The notes beneath the pieces were generated by a model, which ran no database searches, was not told the DNA's origin, and was given only the letters and a program-made list of their open reading frames with translations. A DNA stretch of 64,000 bases from a virus (Duplodnaviria > Caudoviricetes): the IMG/VR virus record IMGVR_UViG_2974644787_000001, positions 1 through 64,000 of that record; one strand, written 5' to 3'. Each line of letters begins with the position of its first letter. The stretch's first letter is position 1. The translations under genes and the position numbers were made by a program. Shown piece after piece: positions 28,536 to 38,279 of the stretch.

Positions 28536-28556
28536 CGAACTTTTTCCGCTATGGTC
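28528..28556. repeat. Hairpin element GACCATAGCG-N9-CGCTATGGTC, copy 2
   Basis: Identical to 7844-7872; overlaps the stop codon of the 885-aa gene. Confidence 0.9.
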
Positions 28557-28570
28557 TTTCCTGAAAAGAA

Positions 28571-28607
28571 TTGACTTCCATCGAGAACAATTCCCTTGTC
28601 CTTCCTC
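28571..28607 (+). promoter_or_regulatory. Late-type promoter copy 6: TTGACT-N17-CCTTGT-CCTTCCTC-ATG
   Basis: Conserved motif and spacing. Confidence 0.8.
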
Positions 28608-31187
28608 ATGAATCCAAATCTTGCAATCATACTAAATTTCCTTAAAGGGGGCAAAGGCTCTCAGGGAACGAACGTAAAATACTACAAGCGAGAACCAAAA
28701 GCAAAAGGCGGTTATCGTTATTGGTACACAAAAGAAGCGTATGATCGAGATCACAAAAAACAAGAACCGAAAAAGGACGGCCATAAAGAACCTTCTATTT
28801 GGAGCAAGGTCGCTAGCTTTTTCGGAGTCAAAACTACGGAAATCAGTGCAAAGATTGAATCGGAATACAAAGAAAACTTGGACGCAATTACCAAGGAAGC
28901 TGGTCCGGTCACAAAACAGGATTTCGCGTCTCATCTTGCAGAGTATTTGGCTAATAAAGCCAAATGGGATTTAAAATTTAAGGCAAAAAAACCTGAGCCT
29001 ACAAAAGAAACTAGCGAACCGAAGGAAGATAATGGTAGCGACATCGATGTCGCTACCAAAGAAGAAAAGGTAAAGACTCCAAAAGAAAAAGTCGCAGAGC
29101 AGGCAGAAAAATTCCAAGAAGGGAGGAAATGGAACCTTAAGCTCATGCAATTCATTGCAAGTAAGTATACTGATACAAATGAGAAACGTGGGGAGGAGTC
29201 CACTCAAGAAATTGTAAATAACTTGGAGAAACTCGGGTTCACCAAAGAGCAAACTTCAGAAGTAAAAAACGCAACAAAATACAAATATCTTTCACAAAGT
29301 GGGAAGGAAGTGAGTTTTTTTTATAAACCTACAGAAGATAAATGGATTTGGTCTCAAGGAACAGGAACTGAAAAATTTTATTCCGAAAAAAATCCAAAAC
29401 AAGTTTTGTCACAGGCAAAGCACTCTATTGAAAGTCTTGGAGAGCAAGGTATATCAAATTGGAGCGAAATCCCAAAATCCAAAAAGGATGAGTTGAGTAA
29501 ATTGCTGGATAGTTTTAAGAAGAATTCCAGTTTACCTAAATCCCAAACTGAAACTAAGGAATTATCCAAAGTAGTCAACGAGCAGGACCCGATAGAGACT
29601 AAAATCACTCAATCCAAGAATAAAATTGATTCCATTCGTAAAGATAAAAGCCTCAGTGAGGATGAGTTTAGGACAGAAATTGAAAAAGCCCGAGCGGAAT
29701 TAAGATCCGCTATGAAAGAGAAACAGGCGCGTGATGGTTTCAAATCACTTAGTGATCTCGAGAAAGTCGCATTTGAAGCTTTATACAAGGTCGATGCACC
29801 TGACACATTCCCAGTTGATGCTAAAGGGAATGTTGACAAGAAGGCAATTACGAATTACGTCAAAGAGAAACAATCACTCGATCCTGATGCACTTTCCAAA
29901 GCCATGGAAGGGAATGATAATGCAAAGAAAGATGGTGCAATCAAGGCGATTTCTGAAATTAAAAAAAAAAGCCCTAAGCTAAGATCACAAGCACTTCGCA
30001 TTTCTGGAGACAAGCATGTTTATCGGCAAGCTGTATCAGAAAAGACTTCAAACAAACTAAAAGAAGTACCTGCCTCTGATATTTATACAATTGAGCAGTA
30101 TACTGATGAAAAAAATTATAATAGAAAAGTCATTGAAGGAATCAAGTCTTCGATACTTGCGAAAGGATTTGATCCTGGTTCTCCTATTAAAGTTGATAGA
30201 GATAAAGAAGGGAAACTAACAGTTGTCGATGGTCACCATCGTTTTACAGCCGTAAAAGAACTCATTTCAGAAGGAAAACTCCCTAAAGATACTCCTATCT
30301 ATGTAATTGAGGAAAAATACAATTCTGAATCTGACCGGTTACTCGCACAGGTTTCAGCGAACAAAAACAAGCGCGAAGTGGAACGTTTGGATGATGCCAA
30401 GGCCTACGCGAAACTTATAGCGCAAGGTAAGTCCGTGCAAGAGATTTCCGAACGAACAGGAGAGTCTGCGGAATATGTCAAAGGGACCATCGCGCTCAAT
30501 AATTTAATTCCAGAATTACAAGGCCTTCTTCGAACCGATGCAAAGAAGAACATTCGTACATCGGATAAGGGAAACGATGGATCGAAAGAGAAAAGAGAAA
30601 CAATTCCTGAATCATTGGCTATCGTTATTGCAAAAAACGGGAATGATGATAATGGGGTGCCTTCCCCTACTATCCAAAGAAAAGCCTTTGCTTGGTACAT
30701 TCAAAACAAAGGAAAAGGAATTTCGCCTAACCAAGTAAAGTCATATATTGATAGTCTAAAAGCACAGAATTTCACTTTTGGAAACATGGATTCCCATGGT
30801 AGATCCGACGTAGAACAAGAAGCTATGAAATTTGCCGGTGGCGAAGACAATGCAAAGGCAAACTCAGCAGGTTTCGAAAACTTACTTACTGCAATTCAAA
30901 AACCAATTCAAAAATTCCTTGGTGACACAATTACGGATCTCAATGAAGGGAGAGCGAAAGAACTAGCGGCTTCCATAATTGCAACGAAAGGAGAAAGTGC
31001 ACTGGAAACTGAACTTGCAAGACTATCTGATGCGCTTAATAATATTGCCGCTTTTAGAGATTCATTAAAAAAGAAATTCGGAGAGATAAAAGCAGATTCC
31101 CAAACTCCGGATATGTTCGCTTTCAAAAGCTCAATGGGGACATTCCTTAAAGCATTTAAAGCTAAAAAATCAGGAAGATTAAAGTGA
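28608..31187 (+). CDS. Polyvalent internal protein with a ParB/Srx plus HTH domain; N-terminus paralogous to the DarB-like protein
   Basis: LTVVDGHHRF...AQVSANKNKRE...ISERTGESAEYV; N-terminal IILNFLKG...KYYKRE.KAKGGYRYWY. Confidence 0.8.
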   Translation: MNPNLAIILNFLKGGKGSQGTNVKYYKREPKAKGGYRYWYTKEAYDRDHKKQEPKKDGHKEPSIWSKVASFFGVKTTEISAKIESEYKENLDAITKEAGPVTKQDFASHLAEYLANKAKWDLKFKAKKPEPTKETSEPKEDNGSDIDVATKEEKVKTPKEKVAEQAEKFQEGRKWNLKLMQFIASKYTDTNEKRGEESTQEIVNNLEKLGFTKEQTSEVKNATKYKYLSQSGKEVSFFYKPTEDKWIWSQGTGTEKFYSEKNPKQVLSQAKHSIESLGEQGISNWSEIPKSKKDELSKLLDSFKKNSSLPKSQTETKELSKVVNEQDPIETKITQSKNKIDSIRKDKSLSEDEFRTEIEKARAELRSAMKEKQARDGFKSLSDLEKVAFEALYKVDAPDTFPVDAKGNVDKKAITNYVKEKQSLDPDALSKAMEGNDNAKKDGAIKAISEIKKKSPKLRSQALRISGDKHVYRQAVSEKTSNKLKEVPASDIYTIEQYTDEKNYNRKVIEGIKSSILAKGFDPGSPIKVDRDKEGKLTVVDGHHRFTAVKELISEGKLPKDTPIYVIEEKYNSESDRLLAQVSANKNKREVERLDDAKAYAKLIAQGKSVQEISERTGESAEYVKGTIALNNLIPELQGLLRTDAKKNIRTSDKGNDGSKEKRETIPESLAIVIAKNGNDDNGVPSPTIQRKAFAWYIQNKGKGISPNQVKSYIDSLKAQNFTFGNMDSHGRSDVEQEAMKFAGGEDNAKANSAGFENLLTAIQKPIQKFLGDTITDLNEGRAKELAASIIATKGESALETELARLSDALNNIAAFRDSLKKKFGEIKADSQTPDMFAFKSSMGTFLKAFKAKKSGRLK

Positions 31188-31942
31188 GTATTACAAATGT
31201 GCTATCGCAGATCAAAAAGAGACCTGAAAATTTCCCTCGGTATTTTTCTGTTCTTCGAGAAGCTGCGGAGAAAATCCAGTCTCGGTGGCTCTTTATGGCA
31301 GGTGAACGAGCAAAACTTGGAGTTAAAGCAGGAGGACTAGGCTGGTGGGGAGTTCAGTATCTTAGCAGAGGCCAGGTTCAAATCGAACAACAAGGCATTG
31401 GATATAAAATTTTTTACTCAAAAGGATCTGGGAACTATAATGTTGAAAAAATTGCCGAGGATGGAAGAAGTTCTTTTGATATTGTTCAAAGCCTATTGAA
31501 TAATTCGAAAAAAGTCAGAATTTCCAAAGGAGGTAAAAAATATTTAATAGTTCCAATGGCATCTAACGAAAGCCAAGCGGATGTCGTCATGAAAATTATT
31601 GGAAGCTACAAGGAAGAGTCTCCAAATGGCGGTTTTGTAACTCGGAATAAATATAACTATTCTAAGCTAACAGACAAAAAAAAAGGGACTAAAACATTCC
31701 AATTTTCTCAAAAGCAGGAGAGAGGTGGAAGTAGTAGTTCAAACCATAATTTAATCATGGTGACCTCGGATTCACAGTGGAAGCCTTATCCTGAAATCAA
31801 AGGACAGAAATTTTCTGCCAAAATGCAAAAAGTTGCAGATCAGCTACTTTCGAGCGAACCATTTCTCAAGGCACTTGCAGAGGCAATTATCATAGATTTG
31901 CAAGAGAATAGAATCAAACTTCAAAAGGAGAAACGAAAATGA
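31184..31942 (+). CDS. Probable neck/tail-completion protein
   Basis: Basic protein with KKYLIVPM motif, upstream of sheath. Confidence 0.55.
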   Translation: MSITNVLSQIKKRPENFPRYFSVLREAAEKIQSRWLFMAGERAKLGVKAGGLGWWGVQYLSRGQVQIEQQGIGYKIFYSKGSGNYNVEKIAEDGRSSFDIVQSLLNNSKKVRISKGGKKYLIVPMASNESQADVVMKIIGSYKEESPNGGFVTRNKYNYSKLTDKKKGTKTFQFSQKQERGGSSSSNHNLIMVTSDSQWKPYPEIKGQKFSAKMQKVADQLLSSEPFLKALAEAIIIDLQENRIKLQKEKRK

Positions 31943-32715
31943 TATTATCTATGTGGCAACTGGATCCAGAGTTTCGGATCATCCAAGAGTTGAAAGAACT
32001 CTTTCTAGAAACTGGTTTGGGCGATAGAGGTATTCCTTGCGAAAAAATTGTTCACCCAGGTCATCCACTATATTCAATCGCTTCTGTTCCTTCCGGAGAA
32101 GGAGCCAAAGATACAGATTCATTTTTCCCAAAGGTTGGTGTGGAATGGTCTGATGATGAACCCTCCGATGATTTAGGCGGGAATTACAGAATTTTCCCTT
32201 TTGATTCTCAGATTAAAAACAAAATTATCGCTTATAAAGCAAGGAAAGATTCTGAATACGAACATTTTGGTTTCAAACAGTTTGATAAGATTTTAAATTC
32301 AACTAACTTTGGTATAGTGGAATCTTATACCTCGCATATCATTTCAAATGTGACCATATCTGGTTGGGGGGGAAGCGGTAACAATGGGAGGAAAATAGCC
32401 CAAGAATTATATAAGGCTACAATGTCCGTCCTTCCTTTCCTTAAACACAACATCCAAAAGAAATATAAGGCTTCAGTAGGACTTGAAGGCAAACCAGCAG
32501 TGAATGTAGAAGCGCCTCAAGTTGGAAGAGGCGCATGGGGTTTCGAAGTTATGTTATCAGTAAGGCAAATCAAAAGAGAGTTCAGATTCACAGCAGGAAG
32601 TCTCATTTCAAAAGCAGATGTCTACTTTGATGGAGTTGGAACACTCCCGAGTAAAGACAAGCTAGGAAAATCACAAGGAAATATGAATTTTCATCCGCTT
32701 AAATCAAAAATTTAG
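31939..32715 (+). CDS. Probable tail terminator/completion protein
   Basis: Position before sheath; coupled ORF. Confidence 0.5.
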   Translation: MILSMWQLDPEFRIIQELKELFLETGLGDRGIPCEKIVHPGHPLYSIASVPSGEGAKDTDSFFPKVGVEWSDDEPSDDLGGNYRIFPFDSQIKNKIIAYKARKDSEYEHFGFKQFDKILNSTNFGIVESYTSHIISNVTISGWGGSGNNGRKIAQELYKATMSVLPFLKHNIQKKYKASVGLEGKPAVNVEAPQVGRGAWGFEVMLSVRQIKREFRFTAGSLISKADVYFDGVGTLPSKDKLGKSQGNMNFHPLKSKI

Positions 32716-32752
32716 TTGATAATTTTGGAGTCTAGTTCCCTTGTCACTTCCC
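32716..32752 (+). promoter_or_regulatory. Late-type promoter copy 7: TTGATA-N17-CCTTGT-CACTTCCC-ATG (tail operon)
   Basis: Conserved motif and spacing. Confidence 0.8.
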
Positions 32753-33004
32753 ATGCAAGGGACTCAAGATTCTACAGTCGAAACAAAGCCAAAAACTGCA
32801 AAAGTCGTTGATGCTTCACCTAACAATGAATTAGTCAAGGATCCGACTGCAAAATTCATTGAGTCCAAATCTGAACTTGCCCGTTATTCTATGGCGCAAG
32901 TATTCCGAGAATTTTTGGTTAAAAACCATAAAAAATTTAACGGATTGAAGACCAAAGATGATTACGAAAAAGCATTTGAAGAATTTTGGGGAGTGAAAAA
33001 GTAA
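32753..33004 (+). CDS. Small hypothetical protein
   Basis: First gene of the sheath operon. Confidence 0.6.
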   Translation: MQGTQDSTVETKPKTAKVVDASPNNELVKDPTAKFIESKSELARYSMAQVFREFLVKNHKKFNGLKTKDDYEKAFEEFWGVKK

Positions 33005-34789
33005 ATGGGCGTTTTAGGGAAGGCATTCGAGGGACGTTCTTACGTTCGACCAGGTTCGAGAGGAAAATTTCGCGCTAAGGATCAAATCCCTGGCGATTCA
33101 GTTGACCTATTTACTCAATTAATTATTGGGCAAGCCGACAATGGCGTAAACTGTAATGATACAAATTTATCAGATGAAGACAGATATTATATTTTTTACT
33201 CTTTCGAAGAGGCGAAAAAAGTTTTAGGTGGCGGAGAACTTTTGGAAGCAATTATGCTTGCAGATACTCCTTCAAGTGAAGATGATTTTGCGCCTGGACC
33301 ACAACGATTCATCGCACTCAATACAAGAGCTAATGTGGCCGCAAGTGCATCCATTCCTTCATTAAAATCAGGTCAATCTCATACTCTTACCTTCCCTATT
33401 CCAGGACCAAAAGGCAAAAAAGTTCGATTCCGTAAAACGGTAGCTACGAAACAAATTGAGATCGGAGATAACGAGGGTATTCTCACCTCCCCTGCTCTTG
33501 AACAAAAAGTTCTAACTATTTCTTATACAGGCGATGCAACTTCCGCAATTCTTTCTGTAACCGGATCCGCTTTAATTGTAACCTTGGCAGGTCAAAATGA
33601 TGGATCTGTTTCGCTAACGGTTCCATTTGCAGATTATCCTACGGCCATTGAAGCTGTAGATTATATCAATTCTATCCCATTCTACACTGCTTCAATGATG
33701 TCCAATGCTACATTTATGATGTCCAATTTGGATCACGTTGAATCTTCGGAGGCGATTTCAGTAAAAAGTCCTGCAATTGCGACTGTCTATGCTGATTTGT
33801 TTGCAGAGAAAAATTGGATTGAATCCACAGGGTTTGCAGTTTTTACAACGGCTGCGACAGTGAAAAAACCTTTTGCAAACAATACAATATTCACCTACCT
33901 AACCACTGGTGGTACAACAGGTACGGAAGGAGTAACTGCAGTTAAGGATGCGATTACATTTGCAAAGAAAATTCCTGCAATGTATCGTAATATTCTCGCG
34001 TCCTCCTTATCTGACAAAGTGCATTTTAAAACCGCTTGTTTCGATATGATTTCTCCGGATGGAGGAAAGGAAACGATTGGTGGTTGTGGTGGGGATCTGT
34101 CGTTATCTATTGACGCAAGGCGTGAAGAAGCCCGCACTTTGGGCGTTTATTGGATGAACTACGGCCTTGAAAAGTTCGTGGCTTTTGATCTTGCAGGAAA
34201 TCAAAAAACTTATCCTGGTTATATGCTTTCTGTTTTAGATAATGCAATTTCTGCAGCAAACTCTCCTCGACATTCCCCAACCTGGAAAGCACTCAATATC
34301 TTAAAAAGTGCAGAAAACCTGATTGATTCAGTGCGTGATGCATCAATTCGCGATGGAGCATTGGTTCTTACCAAGAATCCAGTCACGGGTGCATGGGTAA
34401 TTGAGAGATCTATCACAACAGAAAGAAAAGACAATATCATACTCAACGAAAAGAACTCTGTTGCCGTTGCCCTAACAATGGTCCGTGAACTCAGGGAAGG
34501 ATTTAACTCTAGATTTATCGGTCGTTCAACGGTAGATGAAAATGCAAAAGTTCAAGGTGTGACTGTTGCAGACGTTAAGGGATATGTCGAACAAAGACTA
34601 CAATCCTTCGTTGAGAAAGGTTATTTGGTTGGATCCTCGGCACTCGGTGTTGATGCATTCCAAAAAGATTTTGTTGTCGAAGTCGACGGAGACACTTGGT
34701 ATTTTAGATCGCTCGAAGGTACTGTAATTTCACCAGTGAATTTCATTTTTTACATTCTATCTCTTGATACTCTCAAAGGAAGTGCATAA
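33005..34789 (+). CDS. Contractile tail sheath protein
   Basis: 594 aa; YVRPG N-terminus, C-terminal ERSITT...VVEVDGD...SPVNFIF sheath pattern. Confidence 0.92.
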   Translation: MGVLGKAFEGRSYVRPGSRGKFRAKDQIPGDSVDLFTQLIIGQADNGVNCNDTNLSDEDRYYIFYSFEEAKKVLGGGELLEAIMLADTPSSEDDFAPGPQRFIALNTRANVAASASIPSLKSGQSHTLTFPIPGPKGKKVRFRKTVATKQIEIGDNEGILTSPALEQKVLTISYTGDATSAILSVTGSALIVTLAGQNDGSVSLTVPFADYPTAIEAVDYINSIPFYTASMMSNATFMMSNLDHVESSEAISVKSPAIATVYADLFAEKNWIESTGFAVFTTAATVKKPFANNTIFTYLTTGGTTGTEGVTAVKDAITFAKKIPAMYRNILASSLSDKVHFKTACFDMISPDGGKETIGGCGGDLSLSIDARREEARTLGVYWMNYGLEKFVAFDLAGNQKTYPGYMLSVLDNAISAANSPRHSPTWKALNILKSAENLIDSVRDASIRDGALVLTKNPVTGAWVIERSITTERKDNIILNEKNSVAVALTMVRELREGFNSRFIGRSTVDENAKVQGVTVADVKGYVEQRLQSFVEKGYLVGSSALGVDAFQKDFVVEVDGDTWYFRSLEGTVISPVNFIFYILSLDTLKGSA

Positions 34790-34792
34790 GCC

Positions 34793-35242
34793 ATGCCAGA
34801 TATCTCAATTGGTGACATACCAGATACTTCGATCCTAGTTGGATCCAATGCTCAAGTCTACATTGATGGAAAACTTGCTGCCTATGTAGATGATATTGAT
34901 GTCGATGAAAACTATAACCAAACCGACATTCGTGCCATTGGCGATTTTTTCCCGAAGGATACAAAAGCATTATTCTTTGATGGATCATTTTCTGGAAAAA
35001 TGTGGGTTATCACGGATGAAAAAGATCCTGGATCTATTGTTAAGTCTCTTCCTGATCTTACAAATATCTTAACTAAAAAAGGGAATTTGTGGGAATTTAG
35101 GGAAAAAAGTACTGGGAAGAGAATTATGCGTTGTGTAGCCAAACTCAATACTCGCAAAACAAATATTTCTACCACTCAACCAAGTGTGAGAAATGTTTCT
35201 TTTAAAATAATTCGAATTCAACACATGGAAGGCGATAACTAG
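34793..35242 (+). CDS. Tail tube protein
   Basis: 149 aa after sheath; IRAIGDFFP motif. Confidence 0.85.
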   Translation: MPDISIGDIPDTSILVGSNAQVYIDGKLAAYVDDIDVDENYNQTDIRAIGDFFPKDTKALFFDGSFSGKMWVITDEKDPGSIVKSLPDLTNILTKKGNLWEFREKSTGKRIMRCVAKLNTRKTNISTTQPSVRNVSFKIIRIQHMEGDN

Positions 35243-35244
35243 AT

Positions 35245-35679
35245 ATGGGTCTATTCCCTGGAGTCGAAAGAGAATTCCATTTTGAAGTAGATGGACATAA
35301 ATTTGGTGGAAGATTCCCTCTTCCATCAGATCGCCGTAACATTGATGTCATCGTCTCACAACGACTTGGTGGAACTTCGCTTCAGTCTATCCCCACAGAG
35401 ACCTATTCCGCAGAGTATGTTTTTGTAACTTTGAACTATACTCTCACAGATAGACCAAGAGATTTTGAAGGATTGGATTTTGCAGACATACCTGACGAGG
35501 ATTTCATCGTCAAGGTTTGGTCACAATATAATAAACTTCAAAAGGCCTACCAAGCGGGTCTAAAAAAAAATAACCGAACCGTTGTACCTACAAAAACTCC
35601 TGGCAAACAATCTAGACAGTCTGCTCAATCTGTATCTACTCAAAGAGTTCCGGATATTGCCGAGAGGGTACCAGACTAG
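35245..35679 (+). CDS. Tail assembly chaperone (G-like)
   Basis: Between tube and tape measure; contains an A9 run at 35562-35570. Confidence 0.75.
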   Translation: MGLFPGVEREFHFEVDGHKFGGRFPLPSDRRNIDVIVSQRLGGTSLQSIPTETYSAEYVFVTLNYTLTDRPRDFEGLDFADIPDEDFIVKVWSQYNKLQKAYQAGLKKNNRTVVPTKTPGKQSRQSAQSVSTQRVPDIAERVPD

Positions 35680-35923
35680 TGAGGATTTCCAAACAGAGGA
35701 AAAACTTGCAATCTTCATAGCTGAGTCAGTAAGACCAGATTTTCAGCAAATCCAGAAGTATATGTCGATCAAAACCCAATTAGAGGAATTAGTGAATCGC
35801 CCTCTTTCTGATTGGATCGACAAAGGCATCTCCGGATTGCCGAAAGAAGATCAGGAAAAGATTGCTCGATCAAAACGTGCCAGCGAAATCGCAGAACTAA
35901 AACAACAGATAGGTGAGACATAG
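35564..35923 (+). CDS. Tail assembly chaperone T-like frame, likely reached by frameshift
   Basis: Frame opens inside the A9 run, right after TAA 35561-35563; it is +1/-2 relative to G. Confidence 0.65.
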   Translation, partial: KKITEPLYLQKLLANNLDSLLNLYLLKEFRILPRGYQTSEDFQTEEKLAIFIAESVRPDFQQIQKYMSIKTQLEELVNRPLSDWIDKGISGLPKEDQEKIARSKRASEIAELKQQIGET

Positions 35924-35925
35924 CC

Positions 35926-37632
35926 ATGGCTGAAGTACTAATCGATATAGACAGCATTGCATCGAAACTAGCACAAAAACTCGGACCAGAAATGGTCGCT
36001 GAGATTTCCAAACGCCAAAAGGGTGTAGGTGGTGGTTCATCCGATTCTGGGAGCGGATCTAAAAAAGAATCAGCAAGCGCGAGTAAGGAAAAGAAAAAAG
36101 AATCACTTACAGACAAAACAGTCAATAGTTACAAAGAAGGCGCAGCTTCAAGCACTCTCGATCAAGACGCTTCAGAGCTAAGATCTGGACGATTTTCTGG
36201 AGTAATTGGCCGGAGAATCGATTCTGCCAAAAAGATAAAAGACAAAATTCAGGAAGAACGCAAGAAGCGAGCCGAAAAATACGATATTGGTGAGAAAGGG
36301 CAAGATCCTTCGTTACCTTCATTGGGACAGCCAAACAAAGATAATGGGGTACAAAAGTATAACATCCTTGAAGTCAAGGAGGCAAAGTTCACGAAAGTGA
36401 TCATGCAAGGCGGTGGCAGTGGTTCTTTTGGTGGGGGGATTACAATCCCAGGGAGAGGTGGCAGTGGTATCTCTAGCCCACCCTCTTCTGCCGATCAACA
36501 GGACGGCAACATGGAAAGGCGTAATGAGGGCGTTGCAAAAGCAGGCCAAGGAATTGCGAGTGGGATAGGAATCCCGGTTATAGGAGCTATTCTTGGAGCA
36601 ACAGTAGCAGCAGTCTCTACCATGGGTGGTATGCACCAGCAAGCTTTGCAAGCACAGGAAGGTACATTTAGCGCATATCGTGGGCTAGGTGGCAGACTAG
36701 GAAGTGGGATTTCAAGTGAGAACGGTATAGTGCGGACTCCTGAGTTGGCTCAATTAGGAATAGCTCGAGCAAGAATTTTGGGAGGTGACCCAAATTCGCA
36801 AATTGGAATGAACTCAAGATATGGAACAGGTTTAGGAGTCAGATTTGGAGTTACTCAAGGTCTTGGTGGATCGGCTGGCGCAGAGATGTTTGCAAAATTG
36901 AAAAAATATGGTGGGTTCGATGAGAGTGAATCTTCCTTAAAGAAAATCTTGTCTGATGGAATACGTTCGGGATTTGGAGGACTAAGACAAGCTGAGTTTA
37001 TGCAACAAGTCTCAGGGATTTCTGAAAATGCTTATAATTCCGGTATGGGAACTCAATCAGTAGACCGAATTGCAGGCGCATTTTCCGGGTTAAATGGAGC
37101 TGGTATTCGAGATAATCGATTAGGTTCTGTGTATAGTGCGATAAATGATAACATGACCAAAGACGGTGGTCAAATGAATTCAATGTTAGTTGCTCACCAT
37201 ATGCAACAGAATGGTGGGGATTATTTAGCAGCTATGGCAGCAGCCGAAGAAGGGATGGGAAGTCAGGCGAATATTGGTGCTGTCAATCAAATGACTCAAG
37301 GGATGGATCCAAAGACAAAAGCTATTTGGATGAAAAAACAAGGTTTAATTACTGCTACCGAAGGTCAAAATTCAGTTAGTTTAGGGAAAGATATTTTAAC
37401 AGAAGCGGGGAAAATAACAACTGTAAGTAACGAGGGTCGGGATGCTGGTAACGATGTTAGAAATGTTTCAGGTCAAACTCAAATAGCTCATTCAAATCAA
37501 TTGGATGCTGCTGCAATGGGAGCAGCCTTTGAGGCTGCCTATGCTGTTCAAAACAAAATATTTGATTTGATGATTAAATTAGCTGAATCTGGTAATAAGA
37601 CAGTCGCAAAATTGAAGAAATATTTGGACTAA
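35926..37632 (+). CDS. Tape measure protein
   Basis: Gly/Ala-rich helical protein after the chaperones; 568 aa. Confidence 0.75.
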   Translation: MAEVLIDIDSIASKLAQKLGPEMVAEISKRQKGVGGGSSDSGSGSKKESASASKEKKKESLTDKTVNSYKEGAASSTLDQDASELRSGRFSGVIGRRIDSAKKIKDKIQEERKKRAEKYDIGEKGQDPSLPSLGQPNKDNGVQKYNILEVKEAKFTKVIMQGGGSGSFGGGITIPGRGGSGISSPPSSADQQDGNMERRNEGVAKAGQGIASGIGIPVIGAILGATVAAVSTMGGMHQQALQAQEGTFSAYRGLGGRLGSGISSENGIVRTPELAQLGIARARILGGDPNSQIGMNSRYGTGLGVRFGVTQGLGGSAGAEMFAKLKKYGGFDESESSLKKILSDGIRSGFGGLRQAEFMQQVSGISENAYNSGMGTQSVDRIAGAFSGLNGAGIRDNRLGSVYSAINDNMTKDGGQMNSMLVAHHMQQNGGDYLAAMAAAEEGMGSQANIGAVNQMTQGMDPKTKAIWMKKQGLITATEGQNSVSLGKDILTEAGKITTVSNEGRDAGNDVRNVSGQTQIAHSNQLDAAAMGAAFEAAYAVQNKIFDLMIKLAESGNKTVAKLKKYLD

Positions 37633-37637
37633 GAGTC

Positions 37638-38204
37638 TCACTCTTCTACTGGTTTTATACCACTGAACTCCGTAATTTTCACGGTCATAGTTATGTTACT
37701 TCCAATTTCATAGCTGTAAATGAAGTATTTCATCGGAGGTATTTGAAATATTGCTTTTATTTCGAAATTTTTAGCACGTAAAGAATCTTCTTCAATTTTT
37801 TCCACGATATCCGGAAGAGTAAGCTGTTTTTTATCGCAGTTAATCGAAGTTTGGCTGCAAATTGAGATTTCTCCAACTCCATAAAAATATTTTCTATCTC
37901 CATACTCTTTCAATGTTTCTTCACTTAAATCCAAGCAAGCTAGTCCAAATCTTTTGTTATCAAGCTGTCCACCATTTATTTTCAAGAATTCATTTGGTAT
38001 TATTTCTGTCCCGACAGTTAACATGGCCTTCAGTTTGGTATGGACTATCTCTTGTAGCTTTTTTGATTTAATTGATTGCCCTCTATCTCTAAGTTCAGCA
38101 GCTTCCCTTCCCTGTGCCATCACTTCGCAGAATGCTTTGTTGTCTAGGGTCTTTGCAGAAAGAGAGAATGATAAAAAAATAGTCAGTAAAATAAATCTGG
38201 TCAT
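37638..38204 (-). CDS. Exported moron protein
   Basis: Signal peptide MTRFILLTIFLSFSLSA; own promoter TTGACC-N17-AATAAT at 38239-38211. Confidence 0.7.
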   Translation of the reverse strand: MTRFILLTIFLSFSLSAKTLDNKAFCEVMAQGREAAELRDRGQSIKSKKLQEIVHTKLKAMLTVGTEIIPNEFLKINGGQLDNKRFGLACLDLSEETLKEYGDRKYFYGVGEISICSQTSINCDKKQLTLPDIVEKIEEDSLRAKNFEIKAIFQIPPMKYFIYSYEIGSNITMTVKITEFSGIKPVEE

Positions 38205-38210
38205 TGTTAG

Positions 38211-38239
38211 ATTATTCGATTTAGGTGGGAAAGGGTCAA
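38211..38239 (-). promoter_or_regulatory. Canonical sigma70-like promoter TTGACC-N17-AATAAT, leaderless
   Basis: 6 nt upstream of ATG 38204. Confidence 0.65.
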
Positions 38240-38279
38240 TCCCATTCTATAGTCCAATCCGAATCGGAATCCGTTAAGA

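Noticed and set aside
29961-29970. A10 run in the 863-aa gene as a phase-variation or slippage site
   Set aside because: In frame, encodes KKK in a Lys-rich linker, and no alternative long frame was identified
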